A stretch of DNA of 64,000 nucleotides from Marsupella aquatica (Eukaryota; Plantae; Marchantiophyta). Position 1 is the stretch's first letter. The number at the start of each line of letters is the position of its first letter. The stretch covers positions 8,047,079 to 8,111,078 of the forward strand of contig OZ316898.1 of assembly GCA_973895155.1 (NCBI GenBank), in the 5' to 3' direction. Below are positions 42,498-53,600 of the stretch, piece after piece. The notes under the pieces were generated by a model. The model searched no databases. It was not told the DNA's origin and saw nothing but the letters and a program-made list of their open reading frames with translations. The position numbers and the translations under genes are program-made.

Positions 42498-45400
42498 ACT
42501 TGTTGTTTAGATTCAAGCGCCAGGGGGCTTTATATACTTCCCGGTTTGTTTAGAGGCCTATTCTAGGCCAAATCAGAGGCTGTTTGAGGGTTTTTGATAC
42601 TTCTGAGTCCATCTAGACTCACAGATTGAACCAATTTTGCCTTGGTTCTCATCTACAACATTGGAGTGCCATTGTGAAGCCTATTATGAAGACTCTTCCT
42701 TGAACCTTATGCACATTGTCATATTGATTTGCATTTGCTTTTGTGTGGAGAGTTGAATGGTATCCATTCTTGTTTCTGGATCCTCTTCACACATGTTTCC
42801 TGTTTATGCGCCATGTTAGTTTCGTGTGGGCGCTTGATTCCATCGGAGTGATCCGGGTTTGCAACTGGACATTCTAGTGTGCTGTGTATTTCTCTCTTGG
42901 TGATGTTGGAGTGATGCCCAACACACCATGGTGAGTGCTTGTGGTGCTGACAGGGATAGATTGCCCTTAGGGTTAGCACATAGATTAGGTTAGGGTTGGT
43001 CACCACGGATTCCTCTGGTGCTGCTGGATTACCCGATGGACGACGGACCGGTTTCACTCGGAGTGGGGCACAGTTTCGGCCAGCGGCATTGGTAGCAGTC
43101 AGCAGTGCAGCTTCAGACAGTGATTCTGATGAGGACTCAGTGACCAGTTCTCCTCATCATCAGGTGGTTGCACCTTTGTTGTGGGATATGGACGAGATGT
43201 ACGGGGCTACAAAGGGCCCACGACGATACTCTGGTGCAGTTGGCACAATTGATCTGGATGACTTCATCCAGGAGTTTGATACGTGGTGCGATATGCAGAC
43301 ATTGCGTAATGTCACGTTGTTTACCCCTTTCATGGCATGGAAGGGATTATTCCAGCATTTGGAGGGGCCACCCATGGATGACTACCATGAGTTTCGGAAG
43401 GCTCATTTGGTTGAAATTGAGGCATGGAGGCAGCATTGGTCGCCTAATTACGTGTCCATCACCTATGGCACTAGTGCGGCTGCCCAACCAATTGCCACAG
43501 CTGCTGCTTCTTCTAGCAGCACTAGCTAGAGTGGCACACCATCCACCAGCAGCACTCCAGCAGCATCCACCACTACTCCTGCCAGTGTGATTGTGACGGG
43601 AACTGGAGTTGCGCCAGCATTTAATCCCGTGGTGGAATTCTTTGAGGTACTGAAGCAGAACTATCAGGGTGTGAGAACTGATAAGTTGAAGGGTCTTCAG
43701 GAGTTCCAACGCAAGACTGGAGAGAGCCTACGTGAGGCATACACACGTATGCGCAGATTGATCACTGTCACCAAGGGAGTGACAGAGGCTCAGGCAGTCC
43801 AGTTTTGGTATGCAATTCTGGACAGAGAATTGCGACGCAGAGTGAGAGATGTCACTCTGCTTAGGGATGCAGATCCCACATTAGCAGTTGTTTTCACCCT
43901 TTCTGAGCGCATTGAGCTCAATATGGTGAATGAGAAGGTGGTGACTTTCGGATTTGCCAAGGAAGCACCAAAGGCTGCATCTACATCCACACCACAGCCT
44001 ACTGCACGGAAGAGCCAGAGGGAGAAGCCTACTGCACGAGAGTCTACCAGCCAGAGACCTGTGCCCTCTTATGCTGGACAGCAGTCAGGATGCTGGACCT
44101 GTGGTGGGGATCATGCACAGAGATATTGTCCAGATCATAGAGGATCAGGGGGAGCATCAGCGCCTGATCAACGACAATGTGATCACTGTGGAGCTCCTGG
44201 ACACACCAAGGATAGGTGTTTCTCACTCCACCCTGAGTTACGGAGAGGAGGATCCCGTACACATGATCAGGGAAGAGGAGGAGGAGGTAGAGGTGGTGGA
44301 CGTGGTCGTGGCATGCCACATGCAGGGAGACAGGGAGGTGACGCTGCCCCTGCTGTAACCATAGATCCAAAGGATGCTAAGATTGCTCAATTAGAGCAAC
44401 AACTAGCTGCCATGGCTAGTTCCCAGGTGAGACCTAATTCTGGTGATGGAGCATCTACATCCTATGGACCTTCCACATCCCATGGTCCTTCCACATCTTA
44501 TGGAGCTGATGGAGACCTTGCCACCATGGGATTCATGTGTGGCACTACACATATTGATGCATCAGCAGCTTTGACACGTGGGGCAGCCAAAGCTCTTGAG
44601 CCCCGAGGAGCAGTAGTGGAGTTAGATCCACAAAGGGGGGATGCACGTCGGCAGACAAAGCTTCCTCAGTCTTTTACATTGTCAGAGACAATTCAGACTG
44701 CCTCTATGAACCCGGTTCGGACAAACCATGATGTGGGTAAGTTGGCAGAATCAGGTAGTGATGCAGCAGGGATGACATGTACCTTGCTGGGGGCGGCTAC
44801 TGCCATAGTACGCACCCCATTATTTTCAACGACAGACATGCTGAACTTGGGAGTTGGTCCTGCAGAAGTGTTCAGATTGGCAGCTACACTCTGTGAGGAC
44901 ACTCCAGTGGTTGCTTCCCATGCAGAAGCAACTTGTAGTGTTGATGCAGTGAAGACCATGCCACCTACTGCTACTAGTGAGACATGGCATGCAGCAGCAG
45001 CGAGGTTGGTGGATTTACCAGCACGCCCTGCATTTGAGAGGACTAGGTTTAAACCTAGTGTTGTGTCATTGGATAATCGGAGTGGTATCTTCCGATTAGT
45101 TGGGCCTTCTGGAGCAGTATACCAGCCAGAGAGAGTGTTACTGGATACTGGTGCTCAGCCCTTGATGTTGGGGAAGTCTGCCATATGTGGATTGGGATTG
45201 CGTCCAGAGGATTTGGAGGATTGTCCCTTTCCCATTCAGACTTCATTGGGGGGACCTACACCTACACAGCATATCACCAGGAGACCACTTGATTTGAGGA
45301 TTCAGGAAGGTCATACCACAGATAGCTCACAGATACAGGCGCGAGCTATTCTGACTAAGGTAGAGTCATATGATGTGTTGGTGGGATGTATAGTGCTCTA

Positions 45401-45851
45401 CCCCATGGGATTTATTCTTGATTTTTGGGAGGAATCAGTGTCATATAGACCTGATTGGCAGTCAGGAGATGCTCGATTGAGAAAATTGCCAGTGAGATTT
45501 AGTGGACCTGTGGGAGGCTCTAAATCCACACCATTGTCTTTGGCAGCATTCAATGGTGTAATTGCTGGACCTGATGATTTGATTGAGGGTAATGCGCATG
45601 CAGCCGATGTTCCACCATTGGAGGAGTCTCATGAGGAGCACATCATGCGAGGGTTACCTGTTGGCAGTGTTGTGCCACCAGTGTGGGGCACTGCACAAGC
45701 CTTGCCACAGGAGGCAGCACGATTGGTACATGATGCATGGCGTCATGCTTTTACACCACAGTCAGGAGTAGAGCAGTCTTTTGCAGATGGACCTGTGACT
45801 CTTTCACCATTGGATACCACTCCTATTGCTTGGCAATATCCACCGGAGGGT

Positions 45852-46800
45852 ATTTGTTTGTTGGATCTTTTTGGTGGGATTAGCACTGGATTGGCTGCTG
45901 TTCTTCAGGCAGGAATTCCTGTGCGTCGTTATTTATATGTGGAGACAGATGAGACAGCACGGAGGGTCTCATTGCGACATGTGGCTATGTTGGTGGATAG
46001 ATATCCACAGTTGCTACCAGTGGATGCTGTTCGTGATTATCAGCATGCACTACCTGCTGATATTTCATTGTTGGGGTGGATCATCTGCATCGTGTTGGCC
46101 CCATTGATTTGGTGATTGCTGGTTGGCCATGTCAGGGCCAATCTAGAGCTGGCGTTGGGCATGGACTTCATGATCCACGCTTTGCATTGTTTTGGGAGAT
46201 GTTACGGGTGCTGCGTCACCTCCAGCTACATCAGACACAGTCTCCAGCATACATTTTGGAGAATGTGCCATTGTTAGGTGATGATCGTAGTCGGATTGTT
46301 GCCAGTGTTCACCAGGTGAGGTCTTGGATTGGACCCGCTGTGTTATTGGATGCTGCACGTGTGGGTTCTTGTGCACATCGTCCACGCTTATGGTGGACTA
46401 ATTTGATCCCATGTGAGGTGCTGAAGCGCGCATTTGACAGCATTCCACGCTCACCAGCCTTAGTGGTGGATGATATTTTGGATCCAGGGCGTCGTGCACA
46501 GGGTGTGACCCAACCTGATAGACCTCCATTGGCAATGGTCAATGCAGTTGGGTGCCCACGTTGTGCATTACCCACTCTTGTAAGCCACTCTGCTTCATAT
46601 GCATTCAGAGCAGGTGGCCCTGGACTTGTATGGGACACAGCTCTCCAGCAGTTAGTGGAGCCTACTGCTGATGAGAGAGAGCGTGCTATGGGATTTTTGA
46701 CTGGCACCACTGCAGTTGCCTCTGTGTCAGAGGGTTTGCGGCGCCAGGTTCTTGGTCAAGCAATGGATTTGAATTGTTTGACTTGGATTATCAGCTTGGG
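45852..46800 (+). other. DNMT3-like C5 cytosine methyltransferase domain between protease and RT
   Basis: Motif I LLDLFGGISTG, II YVETD, III ADI, IV AGWPCQGQS (catalytic PC), VI ILENV, VIII AHRPRLWWTN, IX ERERAMGF, X RRQVLGQAMD, in non-permuted order. Confidence 0.92.
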
Positions 46801-49800
46801 AGTAGCTGAACAGTTGCGGATGCGCTCTGCCGGAATTACTGATTGTCCCTTGGTGAGCTTGCGGTCCACTAAGACAGTATTGACCACAGCTGGGGGCGAG
46901 CAGACAGTCCATGGACCTATGACAGGATTGGCAGCTGGACAGATTGTTGAGCAGGAAGAGACTGCTCAATCTACTGCTAAATAGCAATCATCGGCTATCT
47001 CTTCTACCCTACAAAGAGATATTAGGGAGTTGGTGGAGAGTTGGGAACCACAGCTTGGCCCTAAGTTAACAGGGGAGGAGAGACGTCGCATGCATCGATT
47101 CCTGAAGAGTTATTGGAATTGTTTTGCATTCAGCATGAAGGATTTGGGGACATTGAAGGGCACTGGTATTCAGATTGAATTGGCTAGTGATGCGCCAATC
47201 TTTCGTAGACCATACCGTTATAGTGACATGGAGAGAGCTCTGATTCAAAGCAGAACTCAAGATTTGTTGGAGGCTGGATTGGTGGAGATTTCATATGGGG
47301 AGTATGCATTTGCCACAGTGATGCCAGCCAAGAAGGATGTGCATGGCAATTACACAGATAGGCGCATGTGTGGTGATTACAGACCTATTAATCGCCAGAC
47401 AAAATCTGATCGATATGCCATGCCCACACCTGAGGAGATCTTTGATGCTGTGGGGCATGCAAAGGTTTTCAGTTCATTGGATCTGAGGGCAGGATACCAT
47501 CAGCTTCCAATTAGGCATGCTGACAGGTCCAAGACAACATTCTAGGGGATTGATTCTTATGGCAAAGATCATTTGTATCAATGGTTATTCTTACCATTTG
47601 GGTTGAAGAATGCACCAGCTGAGTTCCAAAGAGTCATGGATCGAATCCTTGCAGGTTTGGATTTTGTCAGATGTTATATTGATGATATTTTGGTCTATTC
47701 TTCTACTGTGGAAGAACATCAGCAGCACTTGCAGACTGTGTTGGAGAGATTGAGAGCACATGGGTTGAAGCTCCATCCTAGCAAGTGTAAGTTCTTCCAA
47801 GACCAGATTGAGTATTTGGGCCACACCATATACCCAGGGGGATTGGGTGTACAGCAGACTAAAGTGGAGGCCATTACACAGATTCCTTGTCCTACTGATG
47901 TGAGTAGAGTTCGTGCATTCTTGGGATTGGCGAGCTACTACAGGAGGTATGTTAAAGGATTTAGCCAGCTTGCTAAACCTTTGACCATACTCACTAAGTT
48001 GGATCAGGAATGGATTTGGGGTGATGACCAGGAGCATGCCTTTCAGGAGTTGAAGCAAAGGTTGACATCATCCCCTATTTTGAGAAGACCCATTTCAGGC
48101 AGACCATTTCAGCTACACACTGATTGGAGTGGAGTAGGACTTGGAGCAGTGCTGACTCAGAAGGATGATGAGGGGAATGAGTTTGTTGTGGCTTATGCCA
48201 GTAGATCAAACAATTCAGCAGAGGCTAAGTATAGCTCTTATGAGGGAGAGTGTTTGGCAGCAGTGTGGGCTGTTGCACACTTTCGTTGCTACTTGTTTGG
48301 TAACCCCTTCACCTTGATCACTGATCATCAGCCTCTTAAGTGGTTAATGGAGTCTGACAAGCTTACAGGGAAGCTTGCACGATGGGCATTGTTGTTACAG
48401 GAGTATGATTTCCAGGTGGTGCATAGGCCTGGAAAAGTGAACTTGGATGCAGATGGATTAAGCCGCAATCCATGTACCAGTCAGCAGGATGAGACTGGAG
48501 CCAGATGGCATGATGAGTCAGATAAGGAGATGGTGCCAGGATGGCATGCATCTGCCTTTCTTTGTTGGGTGCCAGCATACAGTGAATCTGTGGACTCTAC
48601 TTCATTGGATGGAGTGGGTGATGAGTCTTCAGATGTGGATGTTGGTGAGGTAACTTCTGGACAACAAGATATTCACAATGATGTGAGAGTGTTGGAATAT
48701 CTGCGCAGTGGTTCTATTGTTGGCAGTGTTGATGCCAAGGAACGTGACAGGGTTCTACAGAGAGCCAAGAGATTTTGATGGGAGGGAAACCATCTTTTGA
48801 GAGTACTGCATGATGGTAGGATGTTGGTGGTACCAAAACCATCACAACGAGTACATTTGGTGCGACATGCGCATGAGGAGTTGGGTCACTTTGGTGTGAA
48901 GCGCACTTACAGCTTGCTGCAGACACAGTATTGGTGGCGTGGTATGCACACTCATGTCCAACAGTTGATAGCTAAGTGTGTGGTATGTGATAGAGTGAGA
49001 GCATCATTTAATGCTCCCACTCCCCAGTTGCACCCGTTGCCGATCATGGGTTTGGGATATCGTTAGAGTTTGGATTTTGCTGGTCCATTACCTCTTACCC
49101 AACGTCATAATCGATATGTTTTGGTCATGGTGGAGCACTTCTCCAAGTGGATTGAGCTAGTGGCGTTGCTAGATAAAGCCAGTGGAGGAGTTGCTGCTAC
49201 ATTTTTGGATCGTGTACTCAGTCATTTTGGAGCACCAACTGAGGTGTTGACTGATCAAGGAACTGAGTTCCGTGGAGAGTTTGAGAGTTTGTGTGAACAA
49301 GCTCTGATTGATCATCGTACTACCTCTCGTGATCATCCTGAGGTAGATGGATTAGCTGAGAGAGTTGTGCAAACTGTGAAGAGAGGATTGCGTAAGTATG
49401 GCTTGCAGGTTGGTCATCTGGGAGATTGGGATCTCCAGCTACCTTGGTTAGCTATGGGCTACCGTTTCAGTCGGCAAGCATCACTTGCATCCTTCTCACC
49501 CTACTTTTTGCTCTATGGTAGAGAGCCAGATTTGCCAGCAACTATTCGTCGTCATGCTGCACCAGTTGTGAACTTGGATGATCCTGATGTTTGGGTCAAG
49601 GTGTGTTCAGAGAGAGCACGGGTATTTCAGAGAGTGATGCCCATGGCTTTTGACAACCTTGCCATTGCCCAACATCGTGATACTTTGAGGTATGCCACTA
49701 TTCGTGGAGGAGGTTACCGTGCAAGCATTCGACGATTTCATCCCGGTGATTATGTTTATTTGCAGCAGACAGCACCCACGACACTTGATGTGACCGCAGG

Positions 49801-49969
49801 CCGGACAATCTTACGTGTGCGTGAAGTGTTGCCTTCTGGTGTCCTGATGTTGGAGGGACGTGATGGTATGGTTTGGAAGGATCATGTGCGCAACTGTGCA
49901 CCATGTCACCTTCCCAACATTGATGGTACAGTAGATCCAAGCTTGGCACATGTTCGTGCTGGCTTGAAA

Positions 49970-50107
49970 TGTATGTTGTGTGGATCTGCTCAGGGAGCAG
50001 CTACTATGTTGATTTGTGATAAGTGTTCTAGAGGATGGCACATGTCATGTTTGACACCACCATTGCAGGTGATTCCTAGTGGATCATGGTTGTGTCCTCA
50101 GTGTCGG
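49970..50107 (+). other. PHD finger at the integrase C-terminus
   Basis: CMLC-x9-ICDKC-x4-HMSCLTPPLQVIPSGSWLCPQC, a complete C4HC3 pattern, in frame with integrase. Confidence 0.93.
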
Positions 50108-50270
50108 TGAAGCCGACTAGTTATCATTTGTGTTCTCTTGGCAGATATGGATTGCAGGTAGGTGATCGATGGGGCTCACTTGCACCCGGCCTCCTGATCT
50201 TCACACCTAAAAAGGTGTATATCAACCTTGTAGAACTCATGGCTAGCTAGAGTTAGGGGACCTTACTCCC

Positions 50271-50285
50271 AGTTAGGGGGGCGAT
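50271..50285 (+). other. polypurine tract of element A
   Basis: AGTTAGGGGGGCGAT immediately before TG at 50286. Confidence 0.75.
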
Positions 50286-50607
50286 TGTGGGTTTTGGACA
50301 TGTGTGGACATGAGTTCCACTTGTATTCCATTCTCTTGTATTTGTGATGTGGCAGTGTGACTATGTCTGGATGTATGTGACAAGCGATGTATGTTGTGTA
50401 GCGATATGTATGCGCACGACAGCTGTCACACCATTCTGAGTAGTGTAGTAGTATATCGTGCTATTAGAGTATGTACGTTTGGTATGAGTGCTATTGGAGC
50501 CGATAAGGTTCTGTCAGGTTTGTGTGAGAGGGTACTTCTCACTTGTGAGGCATTGAAAGGTCATCTTTCAATGTTGAGCCTTGGAGAGAGAGGAGCTTGA
50601 GTGTGGC

Positions 50608-53600
50608 TGTGATGCCTAGACAGGAATCACTCGGCCGGTTAAGTGGGTAAAGCAGGAAGGCACCCTAGGAACACCTTAGTATAGTGACAAAACAAGGAAA
50701 ATATAAACAATTAGGGGCAACCATGGAACCCGGGCCGAGGCCAAAGGTAAGGCTAAGGGTGAAAACCCGATTAGGGTTAGGGCGCGTTAAGCGTCGGCGG
50801 CTAGGAAGGATCAACGGGAAGAAGGACCGGCAGAGGAGAGGGGTAAGGAGCGCTTGCAGGAGATGGTGGCTCATTTGCGAGCACGAACTAGGCAGACGAC
50901 TACGGGAGGCCAACTACTGTCAGCTGCTTAGGCAAGCACTCGGGGAGAGAGTAGATACCGACGATCGACCTAAGGAGGGTATGAGCAACGTCAATCAAGC
51001 GGCACATTTCTGGGGATGCCTATTCGAACGGGAAACTGAGTACATCAAGACTTACGAGGACGAGGAGTCAGAAAGGGCAGCTCGAGAACGGCAGGAGCTC
51101 GCTCGATTGTGGGAGCTGCAGAAGACGGCTTTCTTAGGAGGCGAACTCATCAAGGACGAGTTTCTGTGGACGCCTACTTCCAATCAACTCGACGATCTTC
51201 TGTTTTGCAAAGACAGCGTCGTCGGCATCCGAGAGGCCATCAAGAACTGCAACGACATACACTGGGAATTAAAGGGTAGCACGGAAAGGTGGACCCAGGC
51301 AACGGTGCTAGGAGAAACCTCCACGGCAGCAGAGATGAAGAGGAAGGGAGCCGTCAACGATGAAGCCACCCCGGCAAAAAGAACGAGGTCGGCGGCACCA
51401 AAGAAGCCAGCCGAGCAGCAGAGCAGGAGGCAGGGAGAAGCCGAAGAGGAGGAGGTCGATCCCATCAAGGCCATTCCAACCAGGGATGACACCTGGAAGG
51501 GCTGGGCGGCAACCCTACCGGTGGAGGTGCAGCTACATTTTGCACGGGAGGAGGATGCATGCTTTACGGCCATGCAGACCAAGAAGTACCAAGGCTTCAT
51601 GGCCGGATCCGGCTTGGAGGCCTTTGTAAGATTACCATGGCTGAAGCCGGAGGTACCGGAGTCAGACCTATTAGAATTCGTGGGGTCATGGGAACCCGAG
51701 ACCAATTGCACGAGGATATATGGGAAGGATTTCTATCTTACTCCCAAGGTAATTGCCGAAGTGTTTGGCCTGCCGATAGGCAATAAGACCAAAGTTGATA
51801 CCAGGAAGACCTTGCCTGACAAGGAGTTCCGGTCGTTCCCCGGGCCATCAACGAAGAATGGCTTCTTCCGGAACACCTGCACCAACCCGCACATAGGAGA
51901 GATGATCGACTTCTTGCAGGTGACCATGCATTGTAACTTGCCGAGGGCAGAGATCGGCAAGGCACAGGTCTATCTGGCAGAAAGGCCAGACCCAAGCCGG
52001 GACTACAACGGGTACCTCCTCAACCAATTGAAGAAGATCTTAAAGGAGGAGCAGCAGGTAATCGGCATGGGGAGCGTGTCGCGGCTTGGCTATCACATGC
52101 CGCTGTTGTGCCGGTATGCCAGAGGTCAGACTTTTGCCCCGGTACTTCCCCTGCAGGTAAGGGCACCCGAGGAAGCTCCAACGCCGAGGCCGTTGGCTGA
52201 GAAGCCTCAACCACCTGTTAGTCCTACGATCGAGCAGGTGTTTAGGCCCAGGAAGGAAGACTTGCCGATGCAGCAACCAGGCATGCAGAGTCTACTGAAA
52301 CTACTGGAGAAAGAAAAGAAATCGGCATCGGCAACAACAACGGCAACGGCAACAATGCAGGACACTACTACAGAGGTAGGCCTACACTGGCTCACAAGAG
52401 AAAACCCCTTTGCTGGAGACAAGGAGAGAATCAGGCCGGAATCCAAGCTAGGTGTTCGAATGTACGTGGGAACCTCAAGCTCCGAATCTGAGGCAGAATT
52501 GCCTGAAGCTCCTACCGACGAAGAGGAGAGGGAGAAGCCGGACGTCCAAGAGGTAGAGGAGGCAGTGGAGGACTGCAGCCATGATAATTCCGGCTATGGG
52601 TCGGACCATCACATTCCAGGAGTAAGGACCTGTGGCCGGTTTGTCCCCACACTTCCAAGGGTAGTGCGAGGGGACCCCAACCAGCAGAGTAGCCCTGAGT
52701 CTCCCCCACCAGATGTTGCTCCCCCGAGCTTCGACGGCATAAAACAGACGGTGCAGGAATTTCAGGAGCGAATCAAGCAGGAGGAAGAGGCCGCCCTGGC
52801 TAAGGAAAAGGATTTACCAGGAGGAGATTGGCCGGAGGACATCAGGCGGCTAGCCGAAAAAGGAAGCAAACCTCTAGCCACGATTGAAGAGATCCGCAGG
52901 ATGGCTTGGGAGCAGAGGCCACGATGGGCGATGCCGATCACTTCTACTTACTCCACCTACGCTAAGAATAGAGCCATGGAGTATGGTGAGATGTGTGGGG
53001 AACTTGCGCTCGGCATCTTTGGAGAGGAGTTGGAGGTAGGACCCTTTTTCCATAGGGAGCAGTTGGAGAAGCACCAATTAGAAGAAGCGGTGGCTTTAGA
53101 GAGAAGCAAGAAGGACGAGGTCATTCGGCGGCTTAGGAGGATGGAAGCCGAGATTGAAGATCTAAGGGCGGCCAAGAAAGCCCAAGATGAACTGCGGATT
53201 AAACGACATGAGCTGAACATCATGCAAGGGCAATTGGACACCGCGCAGGCTGATAATCAGAATATCAAGGATAAACTGACTCAGACGCAGGAAGAGTTGG
53301 CCGACACGATCAAAGAGAGGGAGAAGTGGAAGCAAGAGCTGAAGAATACAGAGGAGGCCCACATAACAGCCAACAGCCGGGCCATGGCGGAGACCCAAAG
53401 AAAGGAATGGGCGTTGAAAGGGGAGCTCGAGAAAATCTGCGGAGCCCTTGAGCAGAAGGAGGTCGAGTTAGGGAAATCCTATCAAGGGATTATGGCGCTG
53501 CAGCAGGAGCTTGCGTCCCTGACGGCCAGCTTCAAGGCCGACCTAAGGGAGAAGGACGAGATGCTCGAACAGACTTACGCCAAGATGAACCAGATGGAGT

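Larger units (their letters stand above)
42996..50110 (+). pseudogene. Gag-PR-DNMT-RT-RNaseH-integrase-PHD polyprotein with five in-frame stops and one 1-bp frameshift
   Basis: Gag (LQEFQRKTGESLREAYTRM, two CCHC knuckles, RGG box), protease LLDTGA, C5-MTase motifs, RT (CGDYRPIN, LDLRAGYHQ, LPFGLKNAP, YIDD), RNase H (LHTDWS, EGECLA, TDHQPL, ADGLSR), integrase (HH-CC, DFAGP, TDQGTEF, AERVVQ) and PHD. Stops at 43527, 46982, 47543, 48776 and 49064; frameshift near 46075. Confidence 0.93.
42498..50423 (+). mobile_element. Ty3/gypsy element family A, carrying a DNA methyltransferase and PHD finger; both LTRs partial
   Basis: LTR 3' remnant 42498-42660 (TATA-like TTTATATA, ends CTACAACA, then TTGGAGTGCC... 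as candidate PBS), polyprotein, PPT 50271-50285, and 3' LTR starting TGTGGGTTTTGG at 50286, interrupted at 50424 by family B. Confidence 0.88.

Noticed and set aside
45852-46800. Host DRM/DNMT3 gene or bacterial contaminant
   Set aside because: It has no introns, no UBA domains and no motif permutation, and it is continuous with retroelement protease and RT in a plant genomic context.
41300-50607. Family B repeats as the true LTR pair of the MTase element
   Set aside because: There is no PBS after 42497 and no PPT before 50424. The PPT is at 50271, followed by a different LTR start that recurs at 63981.
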